From the NCBI GenBank assembly GCA_965230295.1, contig OZ246001.1, positions 3,488,001 through 3,552,000 of the forward strand: a stretch of 64,000 nt of DNA. The letters are read 5' to 3'. The notes under the pieces were generated by a model. It saw nothing but the letters and a program-made list of their open reading frames with translations. It had not been told where the DNA came from and did no database searches. A program made the position numbers and the translations under genes. The first letter of the stretch is position 1. Each line of letters opens with the position of its first letter. This document shows, one piece after another, positions 9,333 through 18,943 of the stretch. Origin of the DNA: Marinicella sp. (GTDB taxonomy: Bacteria > Pseudomonadota > Gammaproteobacteria > Xanthomonadales > Marinicellaceae).

Positions 9333-10061
9333 ATGAAAGAAATGTTGGGAAATTTATTTCAAATATACGTATGGGTAGTTGTCTATCCATTGGCCTGGAC
9401 GCTGACCATTTTAGTGGCCATATCCGTCAGTGTCTTCTCAATCCTGGGTGCTTCTCGCTTTGCTGGACGTTACATAGCAAAAGTATGGGGTCGGATCATT
9501 ATATGGATCACACCAGGTAGGGTTGTGCGGCATGGATTAGATCATGTTAATGACCAACAATCCTATGTGGTGGTTGCCAACCATCAAAGTACTTATGACA
9601 TTTTATTGGTTTATGGATACTTGCCATTAGACTTTAAATGGGTGATGAAAATAGAATTGAGAAAAATGCCATTTGTAGGCTTTGCCTGCGAAAAAATGGG
9701 ACACATCTATGTTGACAGAAGAAATCGTAAGGCCTCAATTCGGGCCATGCAAGAGGCCAAAGAGCGTTTAGTTAATGGAACTTCTGTGTTCTTTTTTCCA
9801 GAAGGTACGCGCAGTAATGGTTCAGACCTTAAGCCTTTCAAGAAAGGTGCGTTTCGTATGGCCAGGGATTTACAGTTACCGATTTTGCCTGTTTCCATAT
9901 CAGGTGCAGACGGCATCATGCCCACTGGTAGCATCAAAATTTTACCAGGGACCATACAAATGACGTTTCATGACCCAATTTCCATTGAACAAATCAATGA
10001 ACTGGATGATGTAGAGGTCGTTAAGATGGCAGAAGCAGCGGTTGCGGCTGGTATTAACTGA
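9333..10061 (+). CDS. plsC: 1-acyl-sn-glycerol-3-phosphate acyltransferase (PlsC family)
   Basis: NHQSTYD (HX4D), FFPEGTRS, PFKKGAF motifs. Confidence 0.9.
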   Translation: MKEMLGNLFQIYVWVVVYPLAWTLTILVAISVSVFSILGASRFAGRYIAKVWGRIIIWITPGRVVRHGLDHVNDQQSYVVVANHQSTYDILLVYGYLPLDFKWVMKIELRKMPFVGFACEKMGHIYVDRRNRKASIRAMQEAKERLVNGTSVFFFPEGTRSNGSDLKPFKKGAFRMARDLQLPILPVSISGADGIMPTGSIKILPGTIQMTFHDPISIEQINELDDVEVVKMAEAAVAAGIN

Positions 10062-10085
10062 CTCATTCAACATATAATGTAAATC

Positions 10086-10409
10086 ATGAGCACGATTAAA
10101 AAAATATTTACAATCATGACAGTTTTGGTGCTGTTAATTGGTGCAGTTGCCATCAGCTCTCTGAATGCAGACTATGCTGCATTGAATTTGTATTGGTATC
10201 AACTTAATTTACCCATGGGTTTTATGTTGCTGCTGTTTGCTTCATTGGGTATGTTGGCTGGCTTGTTTTTGGGTTGGTTGTTTTGGACTTGGCCAGCAAG
10301 CAGGAAAAAAACTTACTGGGAAAGGGAGTACTTCAAATTAAAGCAACAAGAGCCTGTTGTCAAAGAAGCCAAAGAATCCGTCTCAACAGAAGTGGTTAAA
10401 ATTCCATGA
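10086..10409 (+). CDS. lapA: Lipopolysaccharide assembly protein LapA
   Basis: Two TM segments, ~100 aa, coupled to lapB. Confidence 0.8.
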   Translation: MSTIKKIFTIMTVLVLLIGAVAISSLNADYAALNLYWYQLNLPMGFMLLLFASLGMLAGLFLGWLFWTWPASRKKTYWEREYFKLKQQEPVVKEAKESVSTEVVKIP

Positions 10410-11587
10410 ACTCACAGTTTTTGTGGGTTTCACTGGCATTGTTGGCCGGCATACTGATGGGCATATATCTGGCTTATATTTTAAAGTCAGGCAAAACCAA
10501 GAGAACTTTTCAACAGTTAAACCACAGGTATTTTAAAGGTTTAAACTACTTATTAAATGATGAATCAGATAAGGCCATTGATGTCTTCATCCAGTTGGCT
10601 GAAACTTCACAAGAAACTTTTGAACCACAATTGGCTTTGGGAAATCTATACCGCAGAAAAGGTGAAGTTGATCGAGCCATCAAGTTACACCAGGCTTTGA
10701 TTGCACAAGCTGAATTGCCCGAACGATACCGTACCCGAGCTTTGCTGGCTATTGGTAAAGATTACATGAGTGCAGGTTTGCTTGACCGAGCCGAGGTCTT
10801 GTTTTCAGAATTGGTAGAAATTGAAGCCCATACGCCAGAGGCCTTACAATCCTTAGTGGAGATATATCAACAAGAACAAGATTGGCTTCAAGCAATTAAA
10901 TCTGCCAGCCGTTTTCAAAGTGCCACCAACCGCAACATGCAAACACCCATTGGTCATTATTATTGTGAATTGGCAGAATTGTCTTTGCAACAAGATGACA
11001 CTGAACCTGCAGAAAAATACCTGGCCTCTGCCTTGCGGGTCGATGAGAAGTCAGTTCGTGCACGGTTGATTTGTGCCAGGCTAAATCAAAAAAATAAACA
11101 GTGGCAAGCAGCCATAGATGAGTACCAGGCTGCAAAATCGGCTGATCCATCGTTCATTCCTTTGTTCATAAGTGACCTGGCTGACTGCTACATGGCTTTA
11201 AATAAAGGAGCTGAGTTAGAACAAGAATTGTTGGCCTGGATTGAATTTTATCAAGGGGTATCACCGGTGCTGACCTTGGCCAATTATTATGCACAGCATA
11301 ACAGTGAAGCATATGCGACTGAATTTCTGACCAAACAATTGCAAAATAGGGCATCCTTCAAAGGCTTGAATGCTTTGATAGAACTGAATGAAACGGAATT
11401 GAGCCAATTGGGTCATGATTTTGCTTATTTCAATGTGTTGAAAGACCTGATTGATAAACTGCTGAAAAACAAACCCAAATTAAGATGCAGGAAGTGTGGA
11501 TTTGGTGCCAAAGCCTTGCATTGGCAATGTCCCAGTTGTAAGAATTGGGGGGTGGTGAAGCCCATCTATGGACTTGAGTCTGAGTAA
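10406..11587 (+). CDS. lapB: Lipopolysaccharide assembly protein LapB
   Basis: YFKGLNYLL...DKAID, TPR repeats, C-terminal rubredoxin CRKCGF...WQCPSC. Confidence 0.97.
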   Translation: MNSQFLWVSLALLAGILMGIYLAYILKSGKTKRTFQQLNHRYFKGLNYLLNDESDKAIDVFIQLAETSQETFEPQLALGNLYRRKGEVDRAIKLHQALIAQAELPERYRTRALLAIGKDYMSAGLLDRAEVLFSELVEIEAHTPEALQSLVEIYQQEQDWLQAIKSASRFQSATNRNMQTPIGHYYCELAELSLQQDDTEPAEKYLASALRVDEKSVRARLICARLNQKNKQWQAAIDEYQAAKSADPSFIPLFISDLADCYMALNKGAELEQELLAWIEFYQGVSPVLTLANYYAQHNSEAYATEFLTKQLQNRASFKGLNALIELNETELSQLGHDFAYFNVLKDLIDKLLKNKPKLRCRKCGFGAKALHWQCPSCKNWGVVKPIYGLESE

Positions 11588-12536
11588 TTATTGGTTGGCC
11601 AGTGCAGTGACAGCCACAACGGTATTGTTGCTGTTGTGGTGGTATGCGTATTTCAGTAAACTGGCCGTTCTTGACCAACAAGATCAGCGCAGTATGCATC
11701 AGGGCCGGACAATAACCGGTGCTGGCATTTTGATGTTTATTCCATTCAGTTTAGGCGGGTTGGCACTTTACCCTTTATTCATTCCCTTATACATCATCAC
11801 TGCTTTGAGCGTCTTGGGTTTTGTTGATGATCGACATGAACTGTCGTTCCAATTGCGGTTGATGCTACAAGTAGCTGCTGCCCTGATCACTTTATACATC
11901 ATAGGTTTTGATGTTTCCTATGGAGTGCTGTTGTTTTTGGTACTGTGTTTGTTGTGGTGGGTCAATTTGTTTAATTTCATGGATGGAGCCAATGGCATGG
12001 CAGGCCTCCATGCTCTGGTGGCATTGGGCTTTTATGGTTGGATTTTCAACAGCCATTTCACCCATGAAAACGTATTTCATTATTTAACAGTAGCCGGGTT
12101 GTTGATTTTGTTGGTTTATTTGATTTTCAATTTATGGTTGAATAAACTTTTTATGGGAGATTCCGGCAGTTTACCTTTGGCATGGTTGATTGCAACAATG
12201 GCCTTATACAGCATGCATTATTCTTTGTTGACTCAAACACAAATTGCCACCCTTCATGCAGTTTTTATTGTGGATGCAACATGGACTCTTTTTAATCGAA
12301 TCAGGTTGGGTGAAAACATCACCAAAGCACATGCATCCCACCTCTACCAACGGCTCATTAAAAATGGTTTCACACATGTCAAGGTATCAATGATTTACGC
12401 GATGGCAACACTACTTTGCGTTGTGTTGGTTTGGTTTACCCTAACATCCAAAGTGGTTGTACAATATGCAGTCATGTTCTTGGTGTATATGTTTTTCACC
12501 TTAATCTTTATGAAATATTTAAACACTGGGCGGTAA
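11568..12536 (+). CDS. MraY/WecA-family (GT4) polyprenyl-phosphate HexNAc-1-P transferase, WbpL-like
   Basis: RSMH, GFVDD, NLFNFMDG, FMGDSGS, AHASHLYQRL. Confidence 0.88.
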   Translation: MDLSLSNYWLASAVTATTVLLLLWWYAYFSKLAVLDQQDQRSMHQGRTITGAGILMFIPFSLGGLALYPLFIPLYIITALSVLGFVDDRHELSFQLRLMLQVAAALITLYIIGFDVSYGVLLFLVLCLLWWVNLFNFMDGANGMAGLHALVALGFYGWIFNSHFTHENVFHYLTVAGLLILLVYLIFNLWLNKLFMGDSGSLPLAWLIATMALYSMHYSLLTQTQIATLHAVFIVDATWTLFNRIRLGENITKAHASHLYQRLIKNGFTHVKVSMIYAMATLLCVVLVWFTLTSKVVVQYAVMFLVYMFFTLIFMKYLNTGR

Positions 12537-12545
12537 GATTAATCC

Positions 12546-14441
12546 ATGAAAAATCGCATATTACATTTGAGGCTGGCTGTGGTGTTACATGATTTATTCA
12601 TGACTTGGTTGGCTTGGGTGTTGTGTTTCATGATTCGATACAGCATCTGGCCTGATGCTCCAGAAATACAGTATCCTGAGGTTCAATACTGGTCAGCAGT
12701 CATTTTATCTGTGATTTTGATACAAGGCATTATTTGCTTTGCATTTAATATGTACCGAGGGTTGTGGCGCTTTGCCAGTGTCCCTGACTTAATTAACTTG
12801 ATCAAATCAGCTTCTGTTGGCACCTTGGCCATAGCCTTGTTCTTTTTCCTCTTCAATCGTCTTGAGGGCATTCCAAGAAGTGTTCTATTGATGTATCCGG
12901 TTTTGCTGGTGTTGTTGTGGGGTGGGCCAAGAATTACTTACAGGATGTGGAAAGACAAATACTTCAATTTGGCTGACCGCAATAAACCCAGGGTGTTGCT
13001 GATTGGCGCTGGTCATATCGCCGATTTATTCATTCGCAATGCGGCCAGTAATCAATCATGTCATGTGATCAGCATCATTGATGACAGCAAGGCATTCAAA
13101 GGCACACAACTACGAGGCGTTAAAATCCAATCAGGCACTGAAAATGTAGCTCAAATAGTGCTGGATTACGCTGTCAATTTGGTTGTGATAGCCAAACAAA
13201 ATCCATCTGCAGCATTGATCAAGCAAGTGATTGATGAATTGGCAGATCTTGATGTCACTATTCGTGTTGCCCCTGATCCTGATGATTATGACAATCATTT
13301 AATCAACGTCAATCAATTGGAACCCATCACGGTAGAGGACTTGTTGGGTCGCGATAAAGTGGAATTGGATTGGCAAGCAGTGGCAGCATACATCAAAAAC
13401 AAATCGGTGTTGGTAACAGGTGGTGGAGGTTCAATTGGTTCAGAATTGTGCCGACAATTGGCTCGCATTGGTGTCAGTCAGTTGAGTATCATAGACCATT
13501 CAGAATATAACCTTTATGCCATTGATAAAGAGTTGAACAATGAACACACTTTGATCAATTCACACCTGGGAGATGTGACTAACCAGGCTCATTTGTATCA
13601 CATCTTCAAACAAACCAAACCAGATGTGGTGTTTCATGCTGCAGCTTATAAGCATGTCCCATTGTTAGAGAGCCATGCCAGTGAAGGATTTCTGAACAAT
13701 GTGGTGGGCACACAGAATGTTGCCGATTGTTGTGCTGATTTTAATGTCGAAAAAATGGTTTTAATCTCAACTGACAAAGCCGTGAATCCATACAGTGTGA
13801 TGGGAGCAACAAAACGTTTGGCTGAAAAATACTGTCAATTCAAAAACCAACGCAGTGACACTGAATACTTAACCGTCAGGTTTGGCAATGTTCTGGGTTC
13901 AGCGGGTTCAGTGGTACCTTTGTTTGAACAGCAAATTGCCCAAGGTGGACCAGTAACGGTCACTCACGAGAAAATGGAACGTTATTTCATGACCATAGAA
14001 GAGGCGTGTCAATTGATACTGCAAAGTTTAGTCTTGGGTAATGACAATGAAATTTTGGTATTGGACATGGGTCAACCCGTTAAAATAAAATCATTGGCTG
14101 AGCGAATGATTGCTTTGTCTGGAAAGAGCAAAGAAGTAAAAATCAGCTTCACTGGTTTACGCTCAGGCGAAAAATTGTATGAGGAGTTACATTATGACAT
14201 TGAAAATCTGGAAGCCACCAAGGTCAGCAAGATCAGTGCAGTTAAGAATGTCAGGTCTCAACAAGACCAACTTCCTCAGTTGATTTACCAAGGCCATCAA
14301 ATGGCCTTGAAATTTCATCAAGATAAAGTTAAAAAAATTCTGACTGAATTGGTGCCGGAATTCAAAGGTCATGAGTTAACACTGATACAACAAGATCAAA
14401 TTAAATCTTCTGAATCAAATTCAGGACGAAAAAAGGAATAA
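12546..14441 (+). CDS. wbpM: Nucleoside-diphosphate sugar 4,6-dehydratase (WbpM/CapD/PglF family)
   Basis: N-terminal TMs; TGGGGSIGSELCRQ, HAAAYKHVP, STDKAVNP, RFGNVLGS. Confidence 0.9.
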   Translation: MKNRILHLRLAVVLHDLFMTWLAWVLCFMIRYSIWPDAPEIQYPEVQYWSAVILSVILIQGIICFAFNMYRGLWRFASVPDLINLIKSASVGTLAIALFFFLFNRLEGIPRSVLLMYPVLLVLLWGGPRITYRMWKDKYFNLADRNKPRVLLIGAGHIADLFIRNAASNQSCHVISIIDDSKAFKGTQLRGVKIQSGTENVAQIVLDYAVNLVVIAKQNPSAALIKQVIDELADLDVTIRVAPDPDDYDNHLINVNQLEPITVEDLLGRDKVELDWQAVAAYIKNKSVLVTGGGGSIGSELCRQLARIGVSQLSIIDHSEYNLYAIDKELNNEHTLINSHLGDVTNQAHLYHIFKQTKPDVVFHAAAYKHVPLLESHASEGFLNNVVGTQNVADCCADFNVEKMVLISTDKAVNPYSVMGATKRLAEKYCQFKNQRSDTEYLTVRFGNVLGSAGSVVPLFEQQIAQGGPVTVTHEKMERYFMTIEEACQLILQSLVLGNDNEILVLDMGQPVKIKSLAERMIALSGKSKEVKISFTGLRSGEKLYEELHYDIENLEATKVSKISAVKNVRSQQDQLPQLIYQGHQMALKFHQDKVKKILTELVPEFKGHELTLIQQDQIKSSESNSGRKKE

Positions 14442-14442
14442 C

Positions 14443-15309
14443 ATGAAGAAAATAACCAAAGCGGTCTTTCCTGTTGGCGGAATGGGAACCCGATTTTTAC
14501 CTGCCACTAAATCCATACCAAAAGAGTTGTTACCCATCATTGATAAACCACTGATTCAATATGCCGTTGAAGAAGCCATTGAGGCTGGTATTGAAACTTT
14601 GATTTTCATCACCAGCGCTTCCAAGCATGCCATCAGTGATCATTTTGACCCCATGCCGGACTTAAGAGCCAAATTCATGGCCCAAAACAAAAGTCATTTG
14701 GTGAACAAGCTTGATACTTTGCCGTTAGAAATTAAACGCGTTTTCATCCCACAGGGTCAGCCTCTGGGACTGGGGCATGCGGTTTTACAAGCTGAGCCTA
14801 TGATTGAGGATGATGAAATGTTTACAGTGATTCTGGCTGATGATTTTATTCAAGCTGTTGACAACCCGTTAAGTCAGTTGATCAACGCGGCTCAAGACAA
14901 TGGCAAAGCCACCATCAGTGTTGAAGCTGTTCCGGAAGAACGCATTTCCAGTTATGGTGTGATTGAACCTGAAAACTGGGAAGGGGACTTGACGGCTGTT
15001 TGTGACATTGTAGAAAAACCAAGTTCGGCAACGGCACCATCGAACTTTGGTGTAATTGGCCGTTATGTGTTGCCTCAATCTGTGTTTGCTGTTTTGAAAG
15101 AAACTCAAATGGACAAGAATCAAGAAATTCAACTGACTGATGCATTGAAAGAATTGATTCAAATCAATGGCCTACAAGCCGTCCAGTTAAAAGGGCAAAG
15201 GTTTGACTGTGGTAGTCAGGAAGGGTTTGTGATGGCCAATTTACATGTGGCCATGAAAAACCCTGAACTCAAATCACAAATTGTTGATTATTTATCTAGG
15301 GCCTGTTAA
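14443..15309 (+). CDS. galU: UTP-glucose-1-phosphate uridylyltransferase
   Basis: GTRFLPATK..PKE.LP..DKPLIQY, GLGHAV, VEKP, EIQLTDA. Confidence 0.96.
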   Translation: MKKITKAVFPVGGMGTRFLPATKSIPKELLPIIDKPLIQYAVEEAIEAGIETLIFITSASKHAISDHFDPMPDLRAKFMAQNKSHLVNKLDTLPLEIKRVFIPQGQPLGLGHAVLQAEPMIEDDEMFTVILADDFIQAVDNPLSQLINAAQDNGKATISVEAVPEERISSYGVIEPENWEGDLTAVCDIVEKPSSATAPSNFGVIGRYVLPQSVFAVLKETQMDKNQEIQLTDALKELIQINGLQAVQLKGQRFDCGSQEGFVMANLHVAMKNPELKSQIVDYLSRAC

Positions 15310-15373
15310 CACTCTATGAATGGCAACTGCTGAAACCATATTTTTCAGCGAACAACACACCCTGCGTTGCTCA

Positions 15374-15784
15374 TCACTTAGTGTTAACAGGCCCTAATTG
15401 AGCGTGATCAAAGGCTTCAGGTAGCATTTGATTCAGGGTTTTGACCATAAACTCACCTTGTTTGATTTCCAGATGGATTCGGGTATCGGCATTTCCATGT
15501 TCAAAAATGATTTGGCGACAGGCACCACAAGGCGGACATGTTTGTCCCGCTTTACCAATGATCAGGATGTCTTTGATGGTTTTTCCGCCATTGACGATCA
15601 TCTGTGCCACTGCAGACTGTTCTGCACAACAACCGATTGGGTAAGCCGCATTTTCAACGTTGCAGCCACTGTGAATTTGACCATTTTCATCGCATATGGC
15701 TGCACCCACATAAAACTTAGAATAGGGTGCATAAGCCTTTTCTTGTGCTTTCTTGGCATGTTTATAAAGTAATTCAGGATTCAT
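15374..15784 (-). CDS. cdd: Cytidine deaminase (homotetrameric type)
   Basis: AYAPYSKF.VGAA, GCNVENAAY, CAE, PCGACRQ. Confidence 0.96.
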   Translation of the reverse strand: MNPELLYKHAKKAQEKAYAPYSKFYVGAAICDENGQIHSGCNVENAAYPIGCCAEQSAVAQMIVNGGKTIKDILIIGKAGQTCPPCGACRQIIFEHGNADTRIHLEIKQGEFMVKTLNQMLPEAFDHAQLGPVNTK

Positions 15785-15804
15785 GGTGAAGGATGCTCAT
15801 TGAT

Positions 15805-16341
15805 TTATGAAGGTAAGTAATAAATTTCAGGCAAATGTCTGAGTTTTTCTTCAAGATCCATACCATAACCAAAGATGTAGTGATCAGGAATGCTCAGAGC
15901 CACATAATCAGGTTTGTAGTCAGCATAGGTGCGGTCATGTTCCTTGTGGATCAAAACCACTGATGTGGCAGATAAGGCCCCTTTCGACAAACACCAGGCA
16001 TGGGCTGCCGCTAAAGTATGGCCTTCATCATAAATGTCATCACATAATATGACGTGGTGATTATTCATGTTGATCTCTGGTTGATATTTCCAAACCAACT
16101 GGCCACCTGTTTGACTCTTACCATACCGAGACAGCTGTAAATAATCCATTTCCATGTCTAAATTAAGTCTGGTTGCCAAAGCAGAAGCAAAGATCATACC
16201 GCCATTCATGATGGTTAAGAAGGCCACCTCTTTACCATCAAAATCTTTGTTAATGCGCTCAGCCAAGGCATCAATGGCTTGGTTAATATTGGTTTCGTCG
16301 ATCAACACTTTGCTGTTCGGAGGTAATATTTTCTTATACAT
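15805..16341 (-). CDS. hpt: Hypoxanthine-guanine phosphoribosyltransferase
   Basis: PRPP loop LCDDIYDEGHTL, YIFGYGMD. Confidence 0.92.
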   Translation of the reverse strand: MYKKILPPNSKVLIDETNINQAIDALAERINKDFDGKEVAFLTIMNGGMIFASALATRLNLDMEMDYLQLSRYGKSQTGGQLVWKYQPEINMNNHHVILCDDIYDEGHTLAAAHAWCLSKGALSATSVVLIHKEHDRTYADYKPDYVALSIPDHYIFGYGMDLEEKLRHLPEIYYLPS

Positions 16342-16505
16342 GGGGTTTCTTGTTTCTCACTTGATTGAAAGTTGATAGAATGTTGCTTTCGTTAAAATGA
16401 TTTTTAAAACAGAAAAGTCTTGTGATCATTGTGGCTTGGTAAATAATATCCTGACTGAAATTTTTCAAATGACCTATAGGTTTTACCAGAATTATTCAAC
16501 CGATC

Positions 16506-16519
16506 TTGATGCATATCAC
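16506..16519. promoter_or_regulatory. Candidate FNR/CRP-family binding site
   Basis: TTGAT-GCAT-ATCAC, one mismatch to TTGAT-N4-ATCAA, in the hpt/peroxiredoxin divergent spacer. Confidence 0.4.
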
Positions 16520-16589
16520 ATGAGAATCAGACTTTCACATCATTTTCTCACAGCTTCATATGTTGTCCCAATTTTTTTAGGAGAATCTA

Positions 16590-17519
16590 ATGTTAAAAAA
16601 AACCACTGCCGTGCTTGTCTTTTCTTTGATTAATTTTATGGCCATTGCCGATAGTATGCAAGGTCAGCCGGCACCAACTTTTAGTTTAGAAGACCAATCA
16701 GGCAAAATGCACCAGTTGAGTGATTATCAAGATCAATGGTTGGTGGTCTATTTTTATCCGAAGAATGACACCACTGGATGTACCATTGAAGCCAAGGCAT
16801 TCAGAGACAACTATGCAACCATCAAGAAACTGAATGCCGATGTTTTAGGCGTTTCTTTAGATGATGCAGAGTCACACCGCGCTTTTATCAGTAAATACGA
16901 TTTGCCATTTAATTTGTTGGTTGATGCCAATAAACAAATGTCTCGTGATTATGGCGTAGATGGTGGCATGGCACTGTTCAGTTATGCCAAAAGACAAACA
17001 TTCATCATCAACCCTGATGGACAGATCGCCAAGCATTTTGAAAAAGTAGACCCCAACACCCATGCAGCAGAAGTGATCGGTGCATTGAAAAACTTACAGT
17101 CTGAAATCAAACCACAATTGTCAAAAGTTACTGAAGTGATTGATGGTAACTCTGTGTACGGTGAACAATGGCCAACCAAAGAATATGCAACTATCAGCAT
17201 TTCAGAAGCCTTGGCGTCACCTGAAAAATATGTCAATCAAACCAATGTGATTTCTGGCAGGGTGACCCAAGTGTGCCAAAAAAAAGGTTGTTGGATGATC
17301 TTGGCTGATGGAGATGCATTTGTACGTGTTGATTTCAATGACCACGCTTTTTATGTCCCAATGAACAGCCAGGGTGAATCATTGGTTTTTGGACGCTTGG
17401 TTGAAAAAACTTTAACCCCTGAACAAATTGCTCATTATGAAGCTGAGGGTGCAAAGAACCTTAAAAACAAAAAGTATGAACTGGTGGCAGATGCCGTACA
17501 AATGATCAGCAAAAGTTAA
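16590..17519 (+). CDS. Exported BCP/PrxQ-type peroxiredoxin fused to DUF4920-like domain
   Basis: Signal peptide; YFYPKNDTTGCT (PxxxTxxC); C-terminal G.V..VCQKKGCWM domain. Confidence 0.85.
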   Translation: MLKKTTAVLVFSLINFMAIADSMQGQPAPTFSLEDQSGKMHQLSDYQDQWLVVYFYPKNDTTGCTIEAKAFRDNYATIKKLNADVLGVSLDDAESHRAFISKYDLPFNLLVDANKQMSRDYGVDGGMALFSYAKRQTFIINPDGQIAKHFEKVDPNTHAAEVIGALKNLQSEIKPQLSKVTEVIDGNSVYGEQWPTKEYATISISEALASPEKYVNQTNVISGRVTQVCQKKGCWMILADGDAFVRVDFNDHAFYVPMNSQGESLVFGRLVEKTLTPEQIAHYEAEGAKNLKNKKYELVADAVQMISKS

Positions 17520-17539
17520 CCTAGATAAAGGAGTTTGGT

Positions 17540-18919
17540 GTGGAAGGTGTGATTGGAATTTTGTTGTCACTGGGTTTGCTGATGTATTTGGCATACCGTG
17601 GCATCAGTGTGATTATCCTGGCGCCGGTCTTGGCCATGTTGGCGGTGGTTGTTGCTGGCGAGGGTGGTCAAATGCTTGGCATATATACCCAGATTTTCAT
17701 GGTTAAAATGGGATCATTTGCGGTTAAATATTTCCCTATATTTTTATTGGGCGCTATTTTTGGTAAATTGATGGAAGATTCTGGATCTGCCAAAGTCATC
17801 GCCAAATCCATCATCCAGTCCATAGGTATCAAGCATGCCAGTTTGGCCATTGTTTTGGCCTGTGGGTTATTGACCTATGGAGGTGTTTCTGCCTTTGTGG
17901 TTGCTTTTGCTGTCTACCCATTGGCAGCCGCCTTGTTCAGAGAAGCAGACTTACCTAAACGTTTCATCCCGGCGACCATTGCGTTGGGGGCATTCACCTT
18001 CACCATGACCTGTTTGCCGGGCACATCTCAAATCCACAACATCATACCAGTCAGTTACTTTGGTACTGACATGTACGCAGCTCCATTGATTGGGATTGCA
18101 GCCGGCATATGTATGATGTTAGGTGGCTTGTGGTGGATCAACCGCCGCATCAACAACTCAAGTGCAGAAGGTTACGGCGAAAACCACAGCAATGAACCCA
18201 TTGCTTTTGAAGAACATCACTTGCCACATTTGTTGGTGGCATTGATGCCCATAGTCATGGTGGTGTTGGCCAACTTTCTGTTACAAAAAGTAATGATTCC
18301 CACCTGGGATACCGCTTATTTGGCAGAAGATAAATTTGGTAACATGGATGTGGGTAAGCTGAAATCAATCTGGTCAATGATCATGGCATTGATTTTAGCC
18401 ATCATCACTGTAGTGGCTTTGAATTGGAAAAAATTCAAGGATGTCAATGGTAGCATGACCAAAGGAGCCATGGGGTCCATGTTGCCGACATTCAACACGG
18501 CTTCAGAAGTGGGTTACGGTGGCACCATTGCTTCCTTAGGGGCTTTTCTGATCGTAAAAGAAGCTGTGATTAATATATCACCGGAAAACCCACTCATCTC
18601 TGAAGTGGTTGCGGTTAATGTATTGGCTGGTATCACAGGATCTGCTTCTGGTGGATTGACCATTGCACTGGAGGCATTGGGCAGTACCTATGCTCAATTG
18701 GCTGAACAATTCAGTATCAACCCTGAATGGATGCACAGACTGGCTTCAATGGCTTCAGGTGGCTTTGATTCTCTTCCACACAATGGAGCGGTCATCACCT
18801 TGTTGACCATTTGTGGTTTGTCCCACAAGCAATCTTATAAGGACATTTTTATGGTATCTTTAGCGATTCCAGTGACCGTAACAGCCATAACGGTTGGCAT
18901 ATTAAGCTTACTCATGTAG
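17540..18919 (+). CDS. GntP-family permease (D-beta-hydroxybutyrate permease-like)
   Basis: YFPIFLLGAIFGKLM, LTYGGVS.FVV.FA.YP, AGITGSASGG, DSLPHNGAVITLL. Confidence 0.9.
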   Translation: MEGVIGILLSLGLLMYLAYRGISVIILAPVLAMLAVVVAGEGGQMLGIYTQIFMVKMGSFAVKYFPIFLLGAIFGKLMEDSGSAKVIAKSIIQSIGIKHASLAIVLACGLLTYGGVSAFVVAFAVYPLAAALFREADLPKRFIPATIALGAFTFTMTCLPGTSQIHNIIPVSYFGTDMYAAPLIGIAAGICMMLGGLWWINRRINNSSAEGYGENHSNEPIAFEEHHLPHLLVALMPIVMVVLANFLLQKVMIPTWDTAYLAEDKFGNMDVGKLKSIWSMIMALILAIITVVALNWKKFKDVNGSMTKGAMGSMLPTFNTASEVGYGGTIASLGAFLIVKEAVINISPENPLISEVVAVNVLAGITGSASGGLTIALEALGSTYAQLAEQFSINPEWMHRLASMASGGFDSLPHNGAVITLLTICGLSHKQSYKDIFMVSLAIPVTVTAITVGILSLLM

Positions 18920-18943
18920 TTCAATGAAAAAGGCACAGTAGCT

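Noticed and set aside
6805-10080. Identical 14-mer tcaacatataatgt upstream of the NhaC gene (minus strand) and lapA (plus strand)
   Set aside because: AT-rich, contains the -10 hexamer, and a match of this length is expected by chance in 64 kb
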